From: an uncultured Candidatus Poseidoniales archaeon
GTDB lineage: Archaea > Thermoplasmatota > Poseidoniia > Poseidoniales > Thalassarchaeaceae
Assembly (NCBI GenBank): GCA_964645485.1
Contig: CAZXZO010000005.1
Location: 10,290-74,289 of the forward strand
Length of the DNA stretch: 64,000 nt
Direction: 5' to 3'
How positions within the stretch are numbered: position 1 is the first letter of the stretch; every line of letters starts with the position of its first letter. Positions 8,498 to 15,552 of this stretch are shown piece by piece. The notes beneath the pieces are model-generated. The model searched no databases, was not told the origin of the DNA, and saw nothing but the letters and a program-made list of their open reading frames with translations. A program made the translations under genes and the position numbers.

Positions 8498-8513
8498 AAA
8501 TCCCAGCGGATTT
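8498..8513 (-). terminator. Hairpin downstream of endA (possible terminator)
   Basis: AAATCC-CAGC-GGATTT perfect 6-bp stem about 25 nt after the endA stop. No clear oligo-T, so function is uncertain. Confidence 0.25.
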
Positions 8514-8535
8514 GAACTGATAATTTGGGGACTCA

Positions 8536-9582
8536 TTAGTGACGGAAACCAGACCATCTTCCCTCAGAAGGTGGTCTTTGCAACGCTAGGTAACACCATT
8601 TATCCTCAATTTGAAACCCACACAACCAGGTTTTGTGCACGCCATTAGCAAGCCTTGCTGCTAAACAGGCTTGGGCCCAATCGTGAGGGGCTAGCCATTC
8701 TGGTTGAAGTAACCAAGGCGCGTGTTCTTCTCCTATAGACAGTTCGTATAGTCTCCACCGGGTGCCATATTTGAACCCAGACCTAGGTAGCAATTTTCTT
8801 GCTAGAACATCTCTGAGTAATGAGATACTGCCATTTTCATCTGCTGCATCTTCTAATATTCTGACTTCATCTTCATCTAGCCACTTACCTTCGGGTAATG
8901 GTGTGCCAATTTGTTCTGGAAGTTCAACATCTTTGGACATAAAGGCGCCATCCCATCTGCCGCCAACTAAACTAGGTTCAGACTTGAGAAGATTATCCAA
9001 ATCAATTTCACCTAAAGCACCTGATGGGTTGGCTGGATTAACTCTGTAAGTGGTGACACCCATTTCTTCATCCACAATTAGAACTTCAGCAATTCTTCCT
9101 AAGGCAGTAACTTCAGCAGCCCAACTGTAGAGACTGTTCCATTGAATTGGTTCAAAATCTCTAACCCAAACAACTTCAGCAGCCGCTAATCCAGTTTTGA
9201 GATTGGATGAGCGTGACCATCGTAGTGCCCAACTACCCTCTGAAACAATTGTTTTTGGGGATATTTTAGCCACATTATTTGCTAATACAACCTGCTCACC
9301 AGGGACCCTCATTGCTTCCAATGCAGCGGTTTCATGCAATAATTCTGCAGATTCGACTAATTGTTCTTCTAGCCAGTTTTCCGTCATCTCAAGATGTCTA
9401 TGTCGCATACAAAATAAGACTTCGCAAGATTGCAATAAGAGTTCATTTTTCGGAAGAGGAATTCCGATGCCTGACTTATCGAAAAGTCTCTGCGCAGCAG
9501 GTCCCGAAAGCACCCAACCATCTGGATTTTGCAGGCAAGGGCCGATGGTCCTCTTCTTCGCCGGCCCACTCTCCATATTCAC
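8536..9582 (-). CDS. endA: tRNA-splicing (intron) endonuclease, two-repeat alpha2-type
   Basis: 348 aa, about twice the single-domain size. C-terminal catalytic domain 'SGFKYGTRWRLYE...EEHAPWLL...ARLANGVHKTWL' carries the Tyr/His/Lys triad pattern of EndA. Confidence 0.8.
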   Translation of the reverse strand: MNMESGPAKKRTIGPCLQNPDGWVLSGPAAQRLFDKSGIGIPLPKNELLLQSCEVLFCMRHRHLEMTENWLEEQLVESAELLHETAALEAMRVPGEQVVLANNVAKISPKTIVSEGSWALRWSRSSNLKTGLAAAEVVWVRDFEPIQWNSLYSWAAEVTALGRIAEVLIVDEEMGVTTYRVNPANPSGALGEIDLDNLLKSEPSLVGGRWDGAFMSKDVELPEQIGTPLPEGKWLDEDEVRILEDAADENGSISLLRDVLARKLLPRSGFKYGTRWRLYELSIGEEHAPWLLQPEWLAPHDWAQACLAARLANGVHKTWLCGFQIEDKWCYLALQRPPSEGRWSGFRH

Positions 9583-9667
9583 GCCTCGCGCCTTTCAGAC
9601 TTGAGTTAATCGCCCTTTGTCTCCGTCACATTTGATAGGTTAGTCCTATTCAGAGGGGTTGAGTGGT

Positions 9668-10447
9668 ATGAGTAGCAAAGGCAAACTCAGTGATTTCACT
9701 GTTGAGCAAAGAGTGCTAATTCACCTCTTTGAGCACCCAAAGAAGAGATCACAATGGGAAGGCAAGCAGGAACAAACACAAGCTGGGATTAGTGGGGCTG
9801 TTGGAATTGCGAGAAAACACCTTCCTAGAACGCTAAAATCCTTGATTGCACAAGATTTAGTTGAAGTTGAAACGCGTCATGTCGAAGGGTCAAAACAACG
9901 CTGTAGAGTTTACTTTTTGACACCAATTGGCATTTCTGCTTCTGAATCAATGAGGACAGGGTTAGCCTCGAGGGAGATTTCAACGGAAGAAGGTCAAACC
10001 ACATTGGGTGAATTTGCAGGCCATGAAATTCCATATCTTCACGTGTTAAGCCACCTAAATTCGGAAAATCATTACGACCAATCAATGTATGAACAAGAAA
10101 TTGAAGAGGACGCACCATCAGTTGACTTGTATAGAAAAGTCCTTCACCGTGCTTGGAGGGATGGGCAGTTGACTGCTGATGAAAGAGGCATGTTAGATGA
10201 TATTTCTCTACATCTCGGTCTTGAACCTGATAGCGTCGAAAGAATAGAATCTGAAGTCTCCTCACAACGTATTGAATCCACAGAAAAACAAACAGACACT
10301 TATCTTGAAGTATTAGAAGTTGCTTGGCAAGATGGGTTTATTTCTGATGATGAACAAGCGATGTTAGATTCCCTCGCCCGCTCTCTTGGACTTGACCCCG
10401 AGTATATCGCAAAAGTGCAATTAGAGTGGATTATTCTTCATTCTTAG
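9668..10447 (+). CDS. Winged-helix DNA-binding protein with two C-terminal TerB-like repeats
   Basis: N-terminal wHTH-like 'QTQAGISGAVGIARKHLPRTLKSLIAQDLVEVETRHVEGSKQRCRVYFLTPIG'. Two repeats: 'YRKVLHRAWRDGQLTADERGMLDDISLHLGLEPDSV' and 'YLEVLEVAWQDGFISDDEQAMLDSLARSLGLDPEYI'. ATG at 9668 (track start is TTG 9659). Confidence 0.5.
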   Translation: MSSKGKLSDFTVEQRVLIHLFEHPKKRSQWEGKQEQTQAGISGAVGIARKHLPRTLKSLIAQDLVEVETRHVEGSKQRCRVYFLTPIGISASESMRTGLASREISTEEGQTTLGEFAGHEIPYLHVLSHLNSENHYDQSMYEQEIEEDAPSVDLYRKVLHRAWRDGQLTADERGMLDDISLHLGLEPDSVERIESEVSSQRIESTEKQTDTYLEVLEVAWQDGFISDDEQAMLDSLARSLGLDPEYIAKVQLEWIILHS

Positions 10448-10456
10448 ATAGGTGGG

Positions 10457-11557
10457 TTGATTTGGCTTCGGCCTTTCGCAGACCTGAAAGGGGTTGGCGG
10501 GGTGCTTGACGAAGTAGTGCAAAATGAGATTGACTTGTTGCGGTCGCTGCATGAGATGGTTGTCACCCCTGAAGCAAAACCAGTACTTTTGATGGGTGAT
10601 GTGATTCTTGACCGCTACTTTCACGGTTGGGCAAATCACCTCAATTCATTTGCGCCAGTTCCAGTTGTAAAAGTGATTAACAAAACAGAGAGTGCAGGGG
10701 CTGCCGCCCACATTGCTAGAGGATTAGTTAACTTAGGAATGAATGTCAGATTTTTCTGTATTCTTGGAGGTGATGAAAATGGTCAAATCATCGCTCAGCA
10801 ATTGCATGAAGAAAAGGTCGATACCTCAGACATTAGGATCGCTGCCCATCTTCAAACAGTTTCCAAAACTAGAATTTATGGTTCTCGTGAAAGTTTGATT
10901 GATCGAAATCAATTAATTTTACAGTTTGACGAAGAATCTAGTGAAGAATACCCTGAAGGTGTTATTGACAAATTAACCAAGGCTGCTTGTTCTGCTCTGC
11001 CCGGTTCTTGTGCAGTTGTTCTCAGTGATTATGGAAAAGGAGTCGTTAGTGATGCTGGAGCCGCTGAAGTCATCGCTGCTGCTAAGGCGGCAGAAGTACC
11101 TGTAATTTGTGACCCGAAACTGACAGGGTTACACAGGACTGTGGGCGCTACTGTGGCTTTATTCGAAATCCGAGGATTGGAATTACTAAGGAGAAGGAGT
11201 AATCTTCCAGATGCTGAATCAACTGCTGCCCACTTCATCAAAGAACATGATTGGCAGGGGATGCTAGTCTTGGGTGGAGAAGATGGCACTACCTTGTATC
11301 AAAAAGATGAGGCTCCTCTATTTTTGCCATGTTTAATCGAAGTTCCACAACAACTCATAGGATTGCATGATGCAGCGGCAACAGCACTTGCTTGTGCCTT
11401 GGGTGCAGGCCGAAGTCTTGCTGAGGGTGCACGATTAGCAAATGCTGCGTGTGAATGTGTACTTGCTGCAGAAACTAGTCGAGTGGTTCTTAACCGCAAA
11501 AAATTGATGACTAGGCTAGACGAATTATCATGGCACTTCCAGATTTCAGACCGTTGA
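10457..11557 (+). CDS. PfkB-family carbohydrate kinase (RfaE/HldE kinase-domain-like)
   Basis: 'LLMGDVILDRYFHGWANHLNSFAPVPVVKV...ESAGAAAHIARGLVNLG' matches the heptose-7-P kinase-like N-terminus. C-terminal 'GLHDAAATALACALGAG' is the ribokinase-type anion-hole motif. Start uncertain (TTG 10457, alternative ATG 10556). Confidence 0.75.
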   Translation: MIWLRPFADLKGVGGVLDEVVQNEIDLLRSLHEMVVTPEAKPVLLMGDVILDRYFHGWANHLNSFAPVPVVKVINKTESAGAAAHIARGLVNLGMNVRFFCILGGDENGQIIAQQLHEEKVDTSDIRIAAHLQTVSKTRIYGSRESLIDRNQLILQFDEESSEEYPEGVIDKLTKAACSALPGSCAVVLSDYGKGVVSDAGAAEVIAAAKAAEVPVICDPKLTGLHRTVGATVALFEIRGLELLRRRSNLPDAESTAAHFIKEHDWQGMLVLGGEDGTTLYQKDEAPLFLPCLIEVPQQLIGLHDAAATALACALGAGRSLAEGARLANAACECVLAAETSRVVLNRKKLMTRLDELSWHFQISDR

Positions 11558-11629
11558 GATGATGTAGATGATTCCCTCAACTATGAGGTTCCAGCAAGCA
11601 ACAAAAATACATTTTCAGGAGATAATGGA

Positions 11630-12103
11630 ATGAGTTGGTGGATTTTACCGACTACTGCGGATGTGGGTATCCGTGCCTTCGGTGCTACAAAAGAATCGGT
11701 AATCCAAGAGGTCACTTTAGGTATGCAATCAATTCTTTTATCACAAAAAGGTGAACAAGATTTGTCAGGGCTTACAAGACACACAGGGGAATGGAGTGTT
11801 GACCTTGCCAATAGTTTGGATAATACTATGGTGGCATGGCTTGAAGAAGTTCTTTATCAAGGTGAAGTTGAGTGTCGATGGTTAGTTGATTTACAAATAC
11901 AATTAACCAATGAATCCCTTAATGCCCAAGTTTCATTTGTTGATGGAGATGAGGTTGAAAGAGAGGTTGAAATCAAAGCAGTTACTCGTCATGAACTCTT
12001 ACTGAATGAAGTTCCATCAGGTATTGAATTCCCGGGTGTTGCTCCTGATATACCTACATTTGAAGGCCCAGGCTGGGTTTCCCAAGTTATCTTCGATATA
12101 TGA
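11630..12103 (+). CDS. Archease (RtcB/tRNA-modification chaperone)
   Basis: 'LPTTADVGIRAFGATKESVIQEV' matches the archease N-terminal T-A-D-x-G motif. C-terminal '...VIFDI' is typical of the family. 157 aa. Confidence 0.85.
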   Translation: MSWWILPTTADVGIRAFGATKESVIQEVTLGMQSILLSQKGEQDLSGLTRHTGEWSVDLANSLDNTMVAWLEEVLYQGEVECRWLVDLQIQLTNESLNAQVSFVDGDEVEREVEIKAVTRHELLLNEVPSGIEFPGVAPDIPTFEGPGWVSQVIFDI

Positions 12104-12112
12104 AAATAAAAA

Positions 12113-12436
12113 GTGGGCGCGCCCGGGGTGGACGCTCGTTACCGCTTTCGAAATTGCCTCCGTCTTCTCAACCCCGGTACCCCAAGGCACCCAAGGTTCC
12201 GGGTTGGGCTGCTCCATTCCTGGCCTCACCTGATTCCCCGGCTAGCGGTGTTAGCAGATTCCCTCCGGAATCCGTTCTTCCAACCTGAGTCACTTGGGGG
12301 CGAGGTCTCATCGTCCACGGTAGCTACGTCCACGGTTCGTCTGCGCCGCCCCCGGGCTTCGGATCACCAGTTGCGATTTGTGAAAGAGGGAACGCCAACT
12401 CCCCTCCTAGCCCAGTCCACCGGCGTTGGTTAGCCC
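12113..12436 (-). ncRNA. ffs: Signal recognition particle 7S RNA (archaeal type)
   Basis: GC-rich ~324-nt non-coding block in an AT-rich context. The minus strand reads 'CAGGUGAGGCCAGGAAUGGAGCAGCC', i.e. the conserved SRP helix-8 motif (compare 4.5S 'CAGGUCAGGUCCGGAAGGAAGCAGCC') with a CCA-GGAA-UGG GNRA tetraloop. 5' 'CCGGUGGAC' can pair with 3' 'GUCCACC-CCGG'. It is followed on the minus strand by TTTTTATTTT. Confidence 0.85.
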
Positions 12437-12464
12437 ATTTGAACCTCACGCTAAGTGTGAGAGG

Positions 12465-12863
12465 TTAGTCACTCTGAGTTGACTCGGCTTCATACTTAGA
12501 TGGACAACCAGTGATTATCTCATCAGCACTTAGAGTCCACTCACCTGCTTGATTATTTAGAATGCCCTTGATTGCCACAACTCTACCTTCTTCAAAAGCA
12601 GGTGGGATTGCAGCCCCTCCTGCATCAATGGTTAAATTATGGGAGTTTCCAGTAATAAGGAAAGTCCGGTTTACAGAATCAAAAGAACCGATTGCTACTG
12701 TGCCCCGCAAATGCAAATCGTCATCGTCAAATTGAGAAGGTGAATCCATGACTTCATCCACACTGTACTGAATAGCAGGTTCATTCCCTACCATCACTAA
12801 GGCTAGAGAAACAACAACAAAAACCCCGATGATTGCCAAACGGGCTCTTCTGCTGAGGGCCAT
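12465..12863 (-). CDS. ccmE: CcmE-like heme chaperone, CxxxY variant
   Basis: N-terminal membrane anchor 'LAIIGVFVVVSLALVMV'. OB-fold pattern 'LHLRGTVAIGSFDS...FLITGNSHNLTI...IPPAFEEGRVVAIKG'. C-terminal 'GCPSKYE' sits where CcmE has HxxxY. ATG at 12863 (track start is TTG 12908). Confidence 0.7.
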   Translation of the reverse strand: MALSRRARLAIIGVFVVVSLALVMVGNEPAIQYSVDEVMDSPSQFDDDDLHLRGTVAIGSFDSVNRTFLITGNSHNLTIDAGGAAIPPAFEEGRVVAIKGILNNQAGEWTLSADEIITGCPSKYEAESTQSD

Positions 12864-12904
12864 ATTTAACTCCGTGAGCCCATACTCAATAAATCTGACC
12901 ACTA

Positions 12905-13885
12905 TCAATGATGGTGCCCGAAGTCACTTTGCTCTAGTAGCCAACCACCTTCCATCACTGGACCCTGACGACAAGTCAAACGGTCGCCAACCATGCACAA
13001 TCCACAAACTGCAATTGCACAAGGGAGGTATCTTTCCATGGCAGCATAACATTCGATGCCTGCTCTTACAGCCATCTCTAGGACTGGTTTCATCATTGGT
13101 TCAGGTCCACACGTTAGTAAGATGCAATTCTCACTGTCTACCCCTTTGAGTAGTTCTTCAAGTGGTTGTGTTGGATAACCATGAATTCCCTGAGTTCCAT
13201 CGTCAGTAGTAATGGTGAGGGTGTCCAAGAGCCCTTCCATACGCTCGACGTAATGTGCTTCACTAGCATTTCTAAAACCCATGATTCCGTGAATGTTTAC
13301 CCGGTCACCGAGTTTATTCCGAGCTTCCTTAGCCATCATGTGCATTGGGGTTGAGCCAATACCTCCTGAAACAAGGAGAAGGGTGCTACCTGAAGTTGGA
13401 TTCGGGAAAGTTGTTCCAAATGGTCCTCTTAGGGCCAACCAATCCCCTTTAGCCATACGAGTTAACTCGCCACTCTGGCGACCCAAGTCTTTGATTGTGA
13501 ATCCCATGAGTGTGTTCCCAACCCTTCCCTCATCGGCTGCGGTGGTTTCGTCAATTCCTGTTCGATCAATTTTGATATCTCCTACGCTGTAGGGTTTTTC
13601 AGAATTGAAATTAGTTCTACTCATTCCCCCTTCTGCATCGTAAGGATTCCAACACATGAAGAATTGTCCTGCTTTGTAGGCAGTTGCTAATTCTTCTGGA
13701 ACTTGAAGCCACACTGTGACTACGCTTTCAGCCTCATGAACAATTTCCATGATTGGCAAAGGAATAGGTGCCAAAATTTTTCCTGATTTACTGAATTCTG
13801 TTGCCATCCGTTCACAGCATTTGTCTGCTAACTTCTGTAAATCAAAGTCTGCACTCCGTGTACTTGGTGAGGTTGATAGCGTCAA
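12905..13885 (-). CDS. pyrK: Dihydroorotate dehydrogenase (type 1B) electron-transfer subunit
   Basis: FAD/NAD-binding ferredoxin-reductase-like body ('KPYSVGD', 'LLLVSGGIGSTP') and C-terminal 2Fe-2S cysteines 'CAIAVCGLCMVGDRLTCRQGPV'. Overlaps pyrD by 4 nt. Confidence 0.8.
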   Translation of the reverse strand: MTLSTSPSTRSADFDLQKLADKCCERMATEFSKSGKILAPIPLPIMEIVHEAESVVTVWLQVPEELATAYKAGQFFMCWNPYDAEGGMSRTNFNSEKPYSVGDIKIDRTGIDETTAADEGRVGNTLMGFTIKDLGRQSGELTRMAKGDWLALRGPFGTTFPNPTSGSTLLLVSGGIGSTPMHMMAKEARNKLGDRVNIHGIMGFRNASEAHYVERMEGLLDTLTITTDDGTQGIHGYPTQPLEELLKGVDSENCILLTCGPEPMMKPVLEMAVRAGIECYAAMERYLPCAIAVCGLCMVGDRLTCRQGPVMEGGWLLEQSDFGHHH

Positions 13886-14841
13886 TTCAATCCCTCCATT
13901 GAGTCAAGTGCAATCCCCCTCATTTTTCCAAGATTATCATATCCTTGCACATCCATGAATTCATTCAACTCATTCTCTATCTGTGCGAATATATCAGCAT
14001 CCCCATAGATTAGCGCACTACCAATTTGTACTGCTGATGCTCCTAGCATTATGAACCTAGCAACATCGAGTCCAGTGGTTATTCCACCCATTGCAATAAT
14101 CGGTGCGGTAGGGATTTCACCCCGGCGCATTGCTAGAGCGACCTCAGCAACCTTTCTTTGAGCGATAGGGCGAATCGCAGGTCCAGACATTCCACAGAGG
14201 AGATTGCCGATTATTGGCCGGCCTGCATATGGGTCAACTTCCAGAGCGGACACCGTGTTGATGAGAGAAACACCGTCTGCACCCGCTTCCAAGGCCGCTC
14301 CTGCCTCTAAAGAGACTTGAGCGGTGTTCGGGGTCAGTTTGGCATAAACGGGGATTCCTACAGCCTGTTTTACCGCTGAAATATATTCTTTGATTAATTC
14401 AGGCTGTTGTCCAACGATTAAAGCACGACTTCCCGGTTTGGAGTGAGGGCAAGATAAATTCAGTTCCAACGCGGCTGCCCCAGCAGCCTCCATTTTCATA
14501 GCAATCTCAGTAACCGTTTGTGAATCCGGGCCGAAAATAGAAACCAACAACGGTTTTGAAAAATAATTTTGTGACAACATTTCAGTAAACGAATCTACAC
14601 CGGGATTAGGAAGTCCCATCGCGTTGAGAACAATCGAATCAGTTGCTTCCACACAAACTGGTCCAGGATAAATTTCTCTTGCAACAGGACCAATGCTCTT
14701 GGAGACCAATCCTCCACACTTACTTGCTGCTACTCGATGTAAGGCTGCAGCAGTGCCACCTTGGACACCACTTGCGAGCATCAGAGGGTTTGCTAAAGCC
14801 AATCCGGGCACTTCAACGCCGAGTTCTGCCATCCTGCTCAA
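13882..14841 (-). CDS. pyrD: Dihydroorotate dehydrogenase catalytic subunit (type 1B)
   Basis: 'NPLMLASG', 'LNAMGLPNPG', 'ELNLSCPH', 'IAMGGITTGLDVARFIMLGASAVQIGSA' are class-1 DHODH signatures. Operonic with pyrK. Confidence 0.9.
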   Translation of the reverse strand: MSRMAELGVEVPGLALANPLMLASGVQGGTAAALHRVAASKCGGLVSKSIGPVAREIYPGPVCVEATDSIVLNAMGLPNPGVDSFTEMLSQNYFSKPLLVSIFGPDSQTVTEIAMKMEAAGAAALELNLSCPHSKPGSRALIVGQQPELIKEYISAVKQAVGIPVYAKLTPNTAQVSLEAGAALEAGADGVSLINTVSALEVDPYAGRPIIGNLLCGMSGPAIRPIAQRKVAEVALAMRRGEIPTAPIIAMGGITTGLDVARFIMLGASAVQIGSALIYGDADIFAQIENELNEFMDVQGYDNLGKMRGIALDSMEGLN

Positions 14842-14892
14842 TACGGCGGCTTAGCCGGCACTCTTCAAGCGTTGCGACTCATCGGCGCGTTT

Positions 14893-15303
14893 ATGTCGGC
14901 TAGGGCGGGCTCACTTGGAGAAGCAGCTCGGCGGCTCCTAAAGTGTGAAAACGCGCGTTTAATTGTACCGATAGAGATAATCTCAGAAGCCCATAAAATG
15001 GCTCTGCAAATAAGTGATGAATTGCCAAGCCTAGTTCACGAACCCAAAGTTGAGTTAGGGGCAGAAGAAAATATCGTTCGGGCTCAGTCACAAAATGGCT
15101 CACTTTTTGTTTTTGGTGGAGTTGAACAAACTCTTGACATTGTGTGGGTGCCAATTGGTAGAGATGAATTGGAAGATGTTTGGCGGAGATTTGCCCAAAT
15201 TGTTTCAGACCTTTTGTCTGTTGGTTATCCGGGTTGTATTGATTGTGCCGGGCCAGCAGCAACCGAACCCTGGGATGAGGCTCTAAGCCGTTCGGGATTT
15301 TGA
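14893..15303 (+). CDS. Hypothetical protein
   Basis: ORF only (ATG at 14893; track start is TTG 14872). No recognisable motifs. Confidence 0.35.
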   Translation: MSARAGSLGEAARRLLKCENARLIVPIEIISEAHKMALQISDELPSLVHEPKVELGAEENIVRAQSQNGSLFVFGGVEQTLDIVWVPIGRDELEDVWRRFAQIVSDLLSVGYPGCIDCAGPAATEPWDEALSRSGF

Positions 15304-15340
15304 AGTCGGCAACAAAAGAGAAAAATTGTTACTCTGGCGG

Positions 15341-15357
15341 GGGGAACTATGTTCCCC
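15341..15357 (+). terminator. Hairpin after the 14893..15303 ORF (possible terminator)
   Basis: GGGGAAC-TAT-GTTCCCC perfect 7-bp stem 38 nt after the stop codon. Not followed by a T-run. Confidence 0.25.
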
Positions 15358-15552
15358 TGACTACTCACATATCTTCCAGCATTCAACATTGTTTATCTAG
15401 GGTTGATAGAGCGGACAGAATTCGGATGCGGATAGAGTCGTTGACAATCACAATTAGTCATCGGCGATTTCTTCGCTCGCGAGCGCACGTACGCGAAGCG
15501 ACTTCAATAACTCGCAATATTGAAGGCGAAAAATGTGCCTGGAGGAGTATCC

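Noticed and set aside
8060-8535. Chromosomal replication origin next to polB.
   Set aside because: No orc1/cdc6 gene is adjacent. There are no inverted ORB-like pairs flanking an AT-rich unwinding element, and the repeats are all direct. Kept only as a low-probability alternative under the repeat-array finding.
8060-8557. Three minus-strand ORFs (71, 60, 73 aa) with repetitive 'IESAIFH/PGTIES' peptides.
   Set aside because: They are translations of the tandem DNA repeat. Unit lengths of 33-38 bp shift the frame between units, and the ORFs overlap one another in different frames.
12006-12433. Five overlapping ORFs of 62-106 aa on both strands (Pro/Arg/Gly-rich).
   Set aside because: They overlie the GC-rich SRP RNA gene. 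The composition-driven open frames are mutually overlapping and have no coding features.
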